A stretch of 33,060 bases of DNA, taken from a bacterium (GTDB lineage: Bacteria; Zhuqueibacterota; Zhuqueibacteria; Oceanimicrobiales; Oceanimicrobiaceae). This document shows positions 9,408 to 19,106 of the stretch, one piece after another. Position numbers and translations under genes: made by a program. The notes beneath the pieces are model-generated. The model saw nothing but the letters and a program-made list of their open reading frames with translations, was not told the origin of the DNA and did not search any database. Position 1 is the stretch's first letter, and every line of letters begins with the position of its first letter. The DNA lies in the NCBI GenBank assembly GCA_046757025.1, contig JBHHXN010000048.1, positions 1 to 33,060 on the forward strand, given 5' to 3'.

Positions 9408-10667
9408 TTAACTATCCGTACGGATTCTGGCATAAAGCGTTTTGGGCGTGATGCCGAGCATTTTAGCAGCTTTCGATTTGTTTCCCAGGGTCATACGCAG
9501 CGCTTTCTTGATGTGCTCCTCAACCATATCATCCAGAGTTGGATATTTGGAATTAGCAATATCGGAGAAATCCAGTTGGTGCAGGTGCTTGGGAAAAAGG
9601 ATGGGATCGGGAGAGGTCAAAAGCAAACATTCGATTATGATATTTAACTCGTCGTAATTTAACGGCCAATTGTAATTGATCAATAGTTCATAAAGCTCAT
9701 CTGAAATCACTTCTGAGCTAGACAACAACGCTTTTTTCTTTTTTTCGAATACCAGTGAAATAATGTTTCTCATCTCGTGTTTGCGTAAGCGCAACGGATC
9801 AATTCTAAACTCAATTTTCTCAAGCCTTTCAATAAGCTCGGCAAGCTCGGGATTTTTATTTGGATCTACTTCCTGCTGATTTGAAATAGAAGCGATGAGA
9901 CGAAAATTTGGCAGTTGATTTCTAGCGATATCGTGGTTGTCATCCATTTCTGCGGTAATACTCAAAAGAAAGGCGTGTTCTTCCTGGCTTAAATTTTCAA
10001 TACCTTCAAGAAATAACGTATCGCCATTTTGTAAATTGTACGGCATGATATTTTTTAAGCTAGGGCTGCAAAGTTTATGAAAAAACAATTTGCCATCGAT
10101 TTCTTCGCTGATGACTTTTGCCAGTGTGACGGGTTGTGTGCCGATTTCAGAACGAATTAATATAGACGCAAAACGGTTTGGCGTGTCGTGACTTTTAATG
10201 CGCTCTTCCAATTCTTGAAAATCAATATTGAGTAGCTTTTGATAATATTTAATGTTGTCCCTCTCGTTTTTTTCGAAATTGTCCAATTTTCGGCGCACGC
10301 GGTTGAATTCAATGGCGCTTTTTATGGTGAGTTTCAGATCCAGCATGTCTATTGGTTTGCCATGATATTGAAATACCCCCATTTTCAAAAATTCATGTTT
10401 TAGTACAATATCCTGGCCAGAAATAATCACCATCGGTACGGTTGGATTGGACTTGAGCAGCTTTTCCACCATGGAAAACGGATCCACGCTCAATCCCGGC
10501 ATATTCACATCCAGAATGGTGGCGTTTAACTTCCAGATGTTTGCCTCAAATTTTTCAAGAACTTCGTTCCAATTTCGTGCTATCAATAATTGATGGTCCT
10601 TTTGAAGTAATCTGACCATAAAATCTAAAAAGGTTTGTTCATCGTCCGCAATTAGAAGTGTCGTCAT
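9408..10667 (-). CDS. NtrC-like response regulator (receiver + degenerate AAA+ + Fis-type HTH)
   Basis: Receiver LLIADDE, LDVNMPG, ISG, KP; FRLIAS, PLRLRKHE, YNWPLN; C-terminal GNKSKAAKMLGITPKTLY. ATG 10667 with AGGA SD is preferred over 10712. Confidence 0.85.
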   Translation of the reverse strand: MTTLLIADDEQTFLDFMVRLLQKDHQLLIARNWNEVLEKFEANIWKLNATILDVNMPGLSVDPFSMVEKLLKSNPTVPMVIISGQDIVLKHEFLKMGVFQYHGKPIDMLDLKLTIKSAIEFNRVRRKLDNFEKNERDNIKYYQKLLNIDFQELEERIKSHDTPNRFASILIRSEIGTQPVTLAKVISEEIDGKLFFHKLCSPSLKNIMPYNLQNGDTLFLEGIENLSQEEHAFLLSITAEMDDNHDIARNQLPNFRLIASISNQQEVDPNKNPELAELIERLEKIEFRIDPLRLRKHEMRNIISLVFEKKKKALLSSSEVISDELYELLINYNWPLNYDELNIIIECLLLTSPDPILFPKHLHQLDFSDIANSKYPTLDDMVEEHIKKALRMTLGNKSKAAKMLGITPKTLYARIRTDS

Positions 10668-10825
10668 GGTATCTTCCTGTTTTGGGTTATGAATTGAATA
10701 ATTTTTACCCACTTGCCAATACTTTTGAAATCAATATAACAATTTTACTTTCAAAAACCAGTGTTGTTACTAAATTTTAATCGAATTAATCCGCGAAATC
10801 AATAAACTAAATTAGTTCTGTCGAG

Positions 10826-11176
10826 TCAATTCATTTCGGTAGCGACAAAATCCCGCAACTTTTCAAGTAATATTTTCACTTCTAATGTATCCAACTTGTT
10901 ATCGTTTAATATTTTTCGCAAGTGATGCTGCAGAACGCGAAGCTTTTTGTCATCATAAGTATGCGACGCCAGGTTTTCCATGGCGTGATCAATTAAATCC
11001 TCAATCTGAGTGGCCTCGTATTTGGATGGCAGATGCGTGATGATTTCGGCTTTGAATAATTTCAAGCTTTTCTGGACAACAAGCCGCGGCACTTTCTGGG
11101 GTGTACGATATTGATAGAGTATAACAGCAATGATGAGAACCGCGGCAGGAAAAATAAATTTGAAGAGTTTCTTCAT
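10826..11176 (-). CDS. hypothetical protein with N-terminal membrane anchor
   Basis: 116-aa ORF, hydrophobic N-terminus followed by a helical domain. Confidence 0.65.
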   Translation of the reverse strand: MKKLFKFIFPAAVLIIAVILYQYRTPQKVPRLVVQKSLKLFKAEIITHLPSKYEATQIEDLIDHAMENLASHTYDDKKLRVLQHHLRKILNDNKLDTLEVKILLEKLRDFVATEMN

Positions 11177-11470
11177 AACACCCTATTCCCAAATCACAGC
11201 GAGGTCAAAAAACTTGGAGATTCCATAAGACGTAAAAAATCGATTTGATGAAACCGTCATACACTATTCTCTAATAGTAAAAAAATCTACACCACAAACT
11301 CAAGTAATTAATGAAAATTCCCCAAATCTCCAACAAAGGATCATAATTGACATCTTAGAACACTGTATCAAAATAGTATAATTCTTTGGTTATTGTACGA
11401 AATTGTAATTGCCCCCCTTAAAACACATAAAAAATTATTAATTATAGCCTTAAATCGCCTATTTATTTTT

Positions 11471-11486
11471 TGGCATATAAATTGCA
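11471..11486 (+). promoter_or_regulatory. sigma54 (-24/-12) promoter
   Basis: TGGCAT-ATAAA-TTGCA matches TGGCAC-N5-TTGCW with exact GG-N10-GC spacing, about 60 nt upstream of ATG 11545. Confidence 0.75.
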
Positions 11487-11544
11487 GCCGTACATTGGTG
11501 TTTAGTCAAGGAAGACTTTTGTATTAAAATAAATAGGTGACATC

Positions 11545-12564
11545 ATGAAAAGGTTATTTTACATCACAGTCATTTATGGATTGATTTTATTGAGCACTTA
11601 TGCAAATGCACAGAATTCAGGCACGCTCTGGATCAAAACATTCAATGCGGGTAGCAACGATTTAAACGATCCCGGAATCGACAAAAAGGCTTTAATGACT
11701 CTGGACAGCCTCATGCAGATAAAAAATATTGAAGTCACTTTTTGGGGCGCGGCAGATGACCTAAAATGGAATTTGGATGGCCGCTCGCTTCATACCAATA
11801 TTTCGGATGCACTCAATGATGCCAAGCGGTTAGGTCGCGCTCGGGCGCTGAAAGCGCGTTACGGTCGAGGCAACATCGGCATCACCCACGAAAGTGTGGC
11901 CGGTGTGAAAGTGCAGTGGACTATCGTTTCGAAAGCAAATTTTACGCAAAATATTGACCAACTACGCCAAGAAAATCATGAAATTAAAAAAGAACTAGAT
12001 GAAGTCAAAAACCAAATTCAAAGCTTAAAGCCGGAGCAAGCCGCCAACGGCCACCACAGTGCGAATGGCAATAATGGCAATCACAGCTCGAACGGTTCTA
12101 ACGACAATTCTCATCTCGTGGTGAAAGAAGGGTTAACATTTAACTGGCGCTTGCAAGCTGGCATGTGGACCTGGCAATCGAGGGCCAAGGGCAGTATTTT
12201 GTCGCCCTCTGTGGCATTAAATATCATCATTGGAAAAACCGCCTTCGTCATTCAGGGGGGAGTAACTCCCTGGCACATCGCTACGGAGTTTGGCAATCAA
12301 TCCGAATCATTTGTTTACACCGGCATCAAATACATGAAAAACGACCGATTCGGATTCACCATCGGTGGATTCCGTGGGTGGAAATTTTTCACCGACACCG
12401 ACAACTGGTCCTTTAAAACGACCGGTATAGCAACAGGGATCGTGATTCAGCATAAATTTGTTGAGCTTAATCCTACTCTCACCTATTCCAGCGTCAATGC
12501 CCTGGATCTCGAGGGTCGCTGGCGGTTAGGGGGTTCATTGGGATTAAATATCAACATCAATTGA
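11545..12564 (+). CDS. secreted/outer-membrane protein: OmpA-like N-domain, coiled coil, C-terminal beta-barrel-like region
   Basis: Signal peptide (..YANA-Q); FWGAADD...NDAKRLGRARAL resembles the OmpA peptidoglycan-binding fold; heptads IDQLRQENHEIKKELDEVKNQI; alternating aromatic/Gly beta strands to the C-terminus. Confidence 0.65.
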   Translation: MKRLFYITVIYGLILLSTYANAQNSGTLWIKTFNAGSNDLNDPGIDKKALMTLDSLMQIKNIEVTFWGAADDLKWNLDGRSLHTNISDALNDAKRLGRARALKARYGRGNIGITHESVAGVKVQWTIVSKANFTQNIDQLRQENHEIKKELDEVKNQIQSLKPEQAANGHHSANGNNGNHSSNGSNDNSHLVVKEGLTFNWRLQAGMWTWQSRAKGSILSPSVALNIIIGKTAFVIQGGVTPWHIATEFGNQSESFVYTGIKYMKNDRFGFTIGGFRGWKFFTDTDNWSFKTTGIATGIVIQHKFVELNPTLTYSSVNALDLEGRWRLGGSLGLNININ

Positions 12565-12651
12565 AATACATAGTGAGGATACCTTATTTTATTATCTCAA
12601 GCTATGTTTGGTTATAAATTGTCTCGAATAGTCAGGCAAGGAGGTTTGGCT

Positions 12652-14388
12652 ATGAAGAATATATGGTTATACATCGCAATTGTCTGTCTGAGTTGCAGTA
12701 AAGCACAGCTTCCAATCGCACCGGAGCTGAAAACCACCATAGAAATCACAGCCATCAATCTGGATGGCCAAACAATCGATTCCGTGCAAGTCTATTTGGA
12801 CGGCAAATTAGCGGGCCTCACTCCTTACACAAATAGTCGCATTCAAACCGGCTTACACTCTTTCAGATTGATGAAGGAAGGCTTCCTGGTTTACACCCAC
12901 CAGTTGCTCATTGAAGAAGGGCAGTTTTACAACATCGAAGCGGTTCTGAGTCCCCTGCCTTCCAACGAAGGCGAATTATTAATTACGGTTAATTTGGAAT
13001 CGACCCTGGTCGTGGTCAAAGACGTCAATGAAAATACGGTAGTGGAAACGCACTCTCAGTCCTCATCGCATATTTTGCCCACGGGGGCGTATATTGTCAG
13101 CGGAGAAAAACCCGGTCTGCCGAAAGTGGTAAAAGCTGTAGACGTGCATGCCAGTCAAACCTCCATCGTCAATTTAGAGCTGGCATTACCGGAAGATGAT
13201 CCACCGTCTTTAGAGTTCATCGTAGCCGAAGACACTGTTCAAATAGGCGCGCCTATCAATTTGAGCTGGCAATCAAACGGCTACCAGGTGATCCTGGATC
13301 AAGGCATTGGCATTCGTGGACCGAGTGGCTCAGAAAAAGTCATTTGCAACGCACCAGGCATGAAAGTATTTACGGCTACCGCTTACGGTAAAAACAATTT
13401 AACCACTTCCAAAACGGATACCGTACTCGTGGTGGTTCCTGCAGTCGAGCCTCCCAGTTTAACTTTCTCAGTGTTAGCAGATAGCGTAGAATTCGGGGAC
13501 CCGGTGCAAATCGAATGGAGCTCAAACGGCTATCAGGTGGTGATCGATCACGGAGTGGGCGCACGCGGACCCATTGGCAGCGAAGAGCTTTTCTTTAAAA
13601 ATCCCGGCAAAAAGGTGTTCACAGCCACAGCTTACGGCGAAAATAACGTTTTCACCATTGTGCAAGATTCTGTTTACATTAAAGAAGCTGAAAATCCCAC
13701 CCTGCCGGTGATCATGCTGACGACTACGCCCACGGTTTCAGTCAATTCGCCCGCCACGATTACCTGGTTTTCCCAAAACGCCGATTACGTGGTGGTTGAT
13801 TACGTTGACAACGCCGACTTGCAGGGCAGCGTTACAAAAACCTTCTCTACGCCCGGCACCCGCTTCGTCACTGCCACAGCATTTAACCAGGCAGGATATT
13901 CCACCGTCAGCGATACCATCGAAGTAGTAGAACCGCCGGTGGTGGCGGTGGATGATATCATTGTTGCGACAAAAAGTTTTGTGCGCGCCGACAAGGGTGA
14001 AGCCGGCATGGTTGATCGCAAAGCAGCGACCTTTGAAATCACTACACCTGGTAAATACCGCATTTATACTGAGGCGTGGTACAACAGCGGCGACGCCCAA
14101 TTAAACGAGAGTTTTTATCTGGAAGTGCGGGATGATTCCAACGGAATGTTTTTCCCCAAAAATCCAAATGCCGGCCTGTACAAAGTGGTTGCGGACGATC
14201 CTGGCGAACCGCACACTGCTTCAAGAGAAAGCGGGGTATTTCAACTCTCGGCTGGCACCCATTATATCGACGTCAATCATTATGCTAAAATTGCCGAATT
14301 CTATCCGCAGTTTCTGAACGGGAGCGGCATAACCGGCCCTGAAAGCATAAAACTATTAGGATTCAAGCTCAAATATGAAGGCGAATAA
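12652..14388 (+). CDS. lipoprotein with PEGA domain(s) and three tandem Ig/PKD-like repeats
   Basis: GGAGG SD before ATG 12652; lipobox-like VCLS-C; PEGA motif VYLDGKLAGLTP..GLHSFRLMKEGF; repeated W.SNGYQV..D.G.G.RGP.GS..PG.KVFTATAYG. Confidence 0.78.
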   Translation: MKNIWLYIAIVCLSCSKAQLPIAPELKTTIEITAINLDGQTIDSVQVYLDGKLAGLTPYTNSRIQTGLHSFRLMKEGFLVYTHQLLIEEGQFYNIEAVLSPLPSNEGELLITVNLESTLVVVKDVNENTVVETHSQSSSHILPTGAYIVSGEKPGLPKVVKAVDVHASQTSIVNLELALPEDDPPSLEFIVAEDTVQIGAPINLSWQSNGYQVILDQGIGIRGPSGSEKVICNAPGMKVFTATAYGKNNLTTSKTDTVLVVVPAVEPPSLTFSVLADSVEFGDPVQIEWSSNGYQVVIDHGVGARGPIGSEELFFKNPGKKVFTATAYGENNVFTIVQDSVYIKEAENPTLPVIMLTTTPTVSVNSPATITWFSQNADYVVVDYVDNADLQGSVTKTFSTPGTRFVTATAFNQAGYSTVSDTIEVVEPPVVAVDDIIVATKSFVRADKGEAGMVDRKAATFEITTPGKYRIYTEAWYNSGDAQLNESFYLEVRDDSNGMFFPKNPNAGLYKVVADDPGEPHTASRESGVFQLSAGTHYIDVNHYAKIAEFYPQFLNGSGITGPESIKLLGFKLKYEGE

Positions 14389-14469
14389 GAATAACTGATT
14401 TTCTTCTGCATCCGGGTCAACCGCTGTCTGAACAGCCTTATGGGATTGTTACAGGCAGCGGTTTTCTTA

Positions 14470-15618
14470 TTAGAAAACGTACTGACCATCTCTCATAATG
14501 ACTTCTTTTCGCTTTTCCGGATACACAAACACCACCTCTTTTACCATCACCTGACCTTGAATTTCCGGTAAATAAATGCGATCGATATGCACGACATTTT
14601 CGGGTTTATTGAAATCTTCAGGTGAAGTAGCGCCGCCAAAATGATCGCTGCGACCGAAGGCGATGTGCAAGCCCAGCTTTTCATCCAGGAGGATTTCCCC
14701 CATGGGTTTGATTCCGAACGGCTGTAAAACCCCAAAACCGATTTCGGCGAGGTTGCCGTAAGCCGGCTCAGCTTGCAATTTTTGTCTTTCTTTCTCAGAT
14801 ACCTTTCCCTGCGATTTCACCGCCACAGCGCGGTTGTTTTGAATTTCGTAAAACACCACTTCGTAACCAAACTGTACCGGCAAAACGCCACGGGTTTGGC
14901 TTGCCTCCGTCAATTCCCCCTCGTACGGAACAATGTAAGACTCGCCGCTGGGGAGATTGCCAGCCAGGCCGCGTTCGCGCAAAAGTCCGCTGCTGGCGTG
15001 CCCCAGACGATGCCGGACATCTACAAATAGTTGAAACGTTTTGCCCTGTACCTGGAACTGCATCTCCAAACACATAGCTTCATCCAAGCGGGTTTTGATT
15101 TTCATGACCTGGGCGTGTACCTGCTCATAATCCAGACTCAATGCTGGCAGCATCTGGCGAGAGAATCCCGGCATGGTGACCGCGCTGAATTGATATTTTT
15201 TTGCAAGAATTTTTAATGGAGCGGTGGCAGAAAATTGCGTGAGCGCCAGAACGATGTCTGCCTCACTGAGTCTATTTGAGAAATCCCACTCCGCCCCACT
15301 TGCCCTCAAAATAGCTGCGGAAACCTTTGCAGGATTTCCAGACCAGGAATAGGCGCTCGCTGGAAAATCCGCGTTGTTGCTGCCGGTATTTTCGTAATAC
15401 AGCAAATCGACTTCTTCAAGATGGAGCTCGTGTTTTATCATCTGCAGTTTAATTTTCCAATCCTCAGCCAGCAGCCGGCGTTCTTGCCAACCAGGATTAT
15501 CCAACACCCGTTCATTGGAGACATCTACGAGAATGAACAAAACTCGATCATTGGCGGTCGGCGAAAATACCGTTCGCAGTAGTTGTTTTAATTGATCGGA
15601 TGTTAAATTTTTATTCAT
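14470..15618 (-). CDS. M29-like (thermophilic metalloprotease/aminopeptidase) family protein
   Basis: GNLPSGESY, AEIGFG, ILLDEKLGLHIAFGRSDHFGG, VHID motifs. Confidence 0.75.
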   Translation of the reverse strand: MNKNLTSDQLKQLLRTVFSPTANDRVLFILVDVSNERVLDNPGWQERRLLAEDWKIKLQMIKHELHLEEVDLLYYENTGSNNADFPASAYSWSGNPAKVSAAILRASGAEWDFSNRLSEADIVLALTQFSATAPLKILAKKYQFSAVTMPGFSRQMLPALSLDYEQVHAQVMKIKTRLDEAMCLEMQFQVQGKTFQLFVDVRHRLGHASSGLLRERGLAGNLPSGESYIVPYEGELTEASQTRGVLPVQFGYEVVFYEIQNNRAVAVKSQGKVSEKERQKLQAEPAYGNLAEIGFGVLQPFGIKPMGEILLDEKLGLHIAFGRSDHFGGATSPEDFNKPENVVHIDRIYLPEIQGQVMVKEVVFVYPEKRKEVIMRDGQYVF

Positions 15619-15644
15619 GTGTCGCTTTCGATTTTTGAGGTTAC

Positions 15645-15673
15645 ACCTTCCTGGTTTTTTAAACCTGGAAGGT
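15645..15673. repeat. REP-like palindrome
   Basis: ACCTTCCTGGTTT-TTT-AAACCTGGAAGGT inverted repeat with one mismatch. Confidence 0.65.
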
Positions 15674-15679
15674 TTTGCA

Positions 15680-15928
15680 CTAGGCCTTTTTCACTGCTCG
15701 CAGGATCGCCACCAGCACCACTGCGCCGATAAAGGCCACGATGATTTCACCCAAAATAGGCCGTAATTTCACCTCTATATTCAGGGTGTCAAATATCCAA
15801 CCGCCCAGCACGGCGCCGATTAAACCCACGACAATATCTCCGATCACGCCGTAACCTTTACCCCGCATGACTTTTCCAGCAAGACAGCCCGCGATTAAAC
15901 CGACGATCAACCAGGTTAATATGCTCAT
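15680..15928 (-). CDS. GlsB/YeaQ/YmgE family stress-response membrane protein
   Basis: WLIVGLIAG.LAG...G.GVIGDIVVGLIGAVLGGWIF...AFIGAVVL; AAGGAGG SD. Confidence 0.92.
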   Translation of the reverse strand: MSILTWLIVGLIAGCLAGKVMRGKGYGVIGDIVVGLIGAVLGGWIFDTLNIEVKLRPILGEIIVAFIGAVVLVAILRAVKKA

Positions 15929-15977
15929 CTTTTCCCTCCTTACATTTAGTTTTCAGGCTTACGCAAAATGAAAATAT

Positions 15978-16026
15978 GGAGCGGTGCTCCGGCTTCAGTC
16001 TGCGGCAACCTGAAGGTTGCGCACCC
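15978..16026. repeat. REP-like paired palindromes
   Basis: GGAGC-GGT-GCTCC and GCAACCT-GA-AGGTTGC hairpins in an intergenic region. Confidence 0.5.
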
Positions 16027-16114
16027 TATTTTGCCGAATTTTATTAGTTGTCAGTGTTTTCTTAAACCGGCTTCCTCTTGCAAAACGGTTGTGTTTGCTT
16101 GATCACCCACGTTT

Positions 16115-18118
16115 TCAACGAATTAATATCATCTTCCGAGTTGTCACGAAATGCTCGGTTTCGATTTTATAAAAATACAAACCACTGGCTGCCTGCGAGT
16201 TTTGATCGGTTAATCCATCCCAGATTACGAAATGCTTGCCGGCGCCCAATTGCGCATGGGTCAGGGCTCTGATTTCCTGGCCGCGGGTATTCAATATTTT
16301 AACGGTCACCCCGGCAGTTTCAGCCAGTTCAAAATGGATTCGCGTGGAGGCATTAAATGGATTGGGGAAATTCTGAAACAAGACTAAAGCAGCCGGTGCT
16401 TTCAAATTAGTACGAATCACCTGAGAATATCTAAACGCGCCATCGAAATCCAATTGTTTGAGGCGGTAAAAATAAACTCCTGAAGCCAGATGTTTATCAA
16501 CAAAGGTGTAATGCTGAGGACTCGTGGTGGTGCCCGCGCCTTTTACAAAGGCCACTTTTCGGAATTCGGTAGCAGATGTTTTTCTCTGCACTTCAAAGCC
16601 ATAATTATGGGTTTCCGTAGCGGTGCTCCACAACAACATGACGCGATTCTCATTCATAACCTGAGCACGAAACGAGGTCAGCTCCACTGGCACGAACAGA
16701 TCGGAAGACACCAGATCGCCCCAGGTACAGGGCACGGTATCTTCTGCGCCGGTGGGCCAGCGGTCATCGCCGGCGCCGGTATTCGCATCCCAGAATGAAA
16801 TACCCAGGGTGTCGGACGAGCCGGGAGCCACGCCTAATTTGGTGTACGCAATGCGAAATTCGGCCTGCCAGTTTTTAGCGCCCACACTGCTTGCCGAAAT
16901 CCAGCCGCTGGGGGAATTTGCGCTCCAGCCGGCGCCCGATCCCTGATCTTCCTGCATCTGGCCATTTATGGCGCGGGTGAGTCGGTAATCGTCGGTTTGA
17001 GGGGTGCTGCCGCCATCGTGGGCGGTGTCCAGGTAAATGCGGGCCGAACTAGAAGCCGATAAATCGGTCATGTTGAAAGCCACATACAAATAGGTGCCAT
17101 CGACTTTGTAGTACACTCTGGTGGTATCCTTATTTTGAATGACCTGTGCGCTGTCGGCGTCGGTGTATTCACCGGCCGCGATGGCGCCGTTGATCGTGGG
17201 CTGCACCGCAAAGGGCGCGTCGGCAATAAAGGACTGGGGTTTGGCTTTGGTCACGGAGGTCCAGTGCTGCCAGGGAATGGCCATATTGGTGTGAGTAGTG
17301 TTCGCCCAATTATCGTGTACGATCACCCATAAACTGTCGGTTTTGCCAGCCGGCTTGAAATTTCGCCAGTAACCCACGCCGGTGACGGCGTGACCGATGC
17401 CGCCGGTACCGGTCTCTTCATTCCAATCCTCCTGAGGCGCTTCGCTATTGTCAGGGGTGGGCGATTGTTGAACAGGCTGCCCCCAAGTATAAATATGAAT
17501 GGTAGCGCCGGTGGTCGGATCGATTTCGGTCTGATTGGCATAAACAGGATTCCAATATAAAAAGGTGATCAGGACCGGTCGGCCAGAATCGATCTCAGCC
17601 GCCTGAAAATCAAATCCGTTTGTATAAACGGTTTGAACGATCCAATCGTAACCCATTTTTCCTACTGGCGGCAAGGAAGGATTGCCGAATTGGTGATCGC
17701 GGTCCCAGCGCACGAACTCAGTTAAGCCGGGTTGAATATCCTGATTGATGGTGCCCTTCACTCCCGTGTTCGCACGACTGGTGCTGCCCAAATCGTTGGT
17801 GTCCATAAACCAGCCGATGGTATCGCTGGCGACATTCGCAGCCCAGCCATTCATGACGCCGTTGGCGCCGGGCTCACAGATGACGTCATCCCAATAGCGG
17901 GTAATGTTTAAAGCCGCTGTGGGGGTGCACCAATTGCTCTGATTCGATTTGGGCGGCTGGTTTTCATCCGGCACATTCGGAATAAAAACTTGCGTAGGCA
18001 GCTGCGCGAAAACGCTTTGCGAGCAGGCGACCGAGAGCGCCATCAAAAAGCGGATTAATACAGAGGAATGCGTTCTTTTCAGTAAGCATTCCGTTAGAAA
18101 GGACTTATTGAGATTCAT
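16115..18118 (-). CDS. secreted multidomain protein: papain/C39-like Cys-protease domain, DOMON/CBM9-like domain, FlgD-Ig/T9SS-type C-terminal domain
   Basis: QSNWCTPTAA (Cys), GHAVTGVGY (His), VHDNW (Asp); PTINGAIAAGEY..YLYVAF..IYLDT..WQAEFRI; VPVELTSF; LFQNFPNPFN...WDG...ASGLYFY..TRKMILIR. GGAGG SD. Confidence 0.75.
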   Translation of the reverse strand: MNLNKSFLTECLLKRTHSSVLIRFLMALSVACSQSVFAQLPTQVFIPNVPDENQPPKSNQSNWCTPTAALNITRYWDDVICEPGANGVMNGWAANVASDTIGWFMDTNDLGSTSRANTGVKGTINQDIQPGLTEFVRWDRDHQFGNPSLPPVGKMGYDWIVQTVYTNGFDFQAAEIDSGRPVLITFLYWNPVYANQTEIDPTTGATIHIYTWGQPVQQSPTPDNSEAPQEDWNEETGTGGIGHAVTGVGYWRNFKPAGKTDSLWVIVHDNWANTTHTNMAIPWQHWTSVTKAKPQSFIADAPFAVQPTINGAIAAGEYTDADSAQVIQNKDTTRVYYKVDGTYLYVAFNMTDLSASSSARIYLDTAHDGGSTPQTDDYRLTRAINGQMQEDQGSGAGWSANSPSGWISASSVGAKNWQAEFRIAYTKLGVAPGSSDTLGISFWDANTGAGDDRWPTGAEDTVPCTWGDLVSSDLFVPVELTSFRAQVMNENRVMLLWSTATETHNYGFEVQRKTSATEFRKVAFVKGAGTTTSPQHYTFVDKHLASGVYFYRLKQLDFDGAFRYSQVIRTNLKAPAALVLFQNFPNPFNASTRIHFELAETAGVTVKILNTRGQEIRALTHAQLGAGKHFVIWDGLTDQNSQAASGLYFYKIETEHFVTTRKMILIR

Positions 18119-18237
18119 AATTTCTCCTCCGCTTCAGATAACTGAGGCGTGTTTCATGAACAAGAAGCTGCGCAGGATTTTGCAGCGGCTATTTTACGCA
18201 AGCTCAATTCCCTGCCATTTCATTTTTAGCCGCGATT

Positions 18238-18858
18238 TCATTTGATGTTGCTTTGAATCTCTTCTAAAATGCCTTCCAGCCAATCCCGATCGCAGGCGAT
18301 ATCGTAATTGTCGGTATCGATCACCAGCACTTTCCAGGTTCGAGATATTCGCTTAATCCAATTGTCATAACCGATGTTCAACTGGGCCAGGTATTCGCGG
18401 TCGATATCGCGTTCGTAGGAACGGCCGCGTTTGCGAATTCGGCTCAACAACGTCCAGGTGGATGCTTTGAGGTACACCACGATGGCTGGCTTTTTTAAGG
18501 TCTTGACCATGGCGTGGTAAAGATTGCGATAGGATTCGTAATCCCGTTCTGGCATCAAGTCTCTAAGAAATAAATTCTCTGCAAAGATCTCGGCATCTTC
18601 GTAAATGGTACGGTCCTGAATACACGGCGCTGGGCTTTTTTGAATTTTGAGATGGTCTTTGAATCGCTGGGTGAGGAAGAAAATTTGTGAATGGAATGCC
18701 CATCGCCGCATGTCCTGATAAAAATCCGCCAGAAAGGGATTTTTCACCTCTGGCTCATAAAAAACTTTCCAGCCAAATCTTTCGTGTATGAGTTTGCTTA
18801 GACTGGTTTTTCCGACACCTATGTTACCTGCAATGGCAATTAGGTTTGACTTCGACAA
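18238..18858 (-). CDS. deoxynucleoside kinase
   Basis: AIAGNIGVGKTS P-loop, NPFLADFY, QDRTIYED, RIRKRGRSYE. Confidence 0.93.
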   Translation of the reverse strand: MSKSNLIAIAGNIGVGKTSLSKLIHERFGWKVFYEPEVKNPFLADFYQDMRRWAFHSQIFFLTQRFKDHLKIQKSPAPCIQDRTIYEDAEIFAENLFLRDLMPERDYESYRNLYHAMVKTLKKPAIVVYLKASTWTLLSRIRKRGRSYERDIDREYLAQLNIGYDNWIKRISRTWKVLVIDTDNYDIACDRDWLEGILEEIQSNIK

Positions 18859-19065
18859 AGAATTTCCTTATTATTTATCAAGCTGGTTAAAAACGGTCAA
18901 CTGTGATTCTTTTTACCTACCTGTCATGCCGTATAAATTAATCTGATTCAAATAAAATAAACGATTTGACCACGAGAAAATTGGGGAAATGGACTCGATT
19001 AATTTCTATATTTCTTGTACAAAATGCAAGCATTTTTACATAAATTTCAGGTTTTTCCAATTGGT

Positions 19066-19094
19066 GCAAACCTTTTTGGGCGCTAATGGTCTAA
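19066..19094 (+). promoter_or_regulatory. putative ECF-sigma autoregulatory promoter
   Basis: GCAAACC ... GTCTAA (AAAC core, 17 bp, GTCTAA) immediately upstream of the ECF gene. Confidence 0.55.
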
Positions 19095-19106
19095 TTGACT
19101 GAATAT

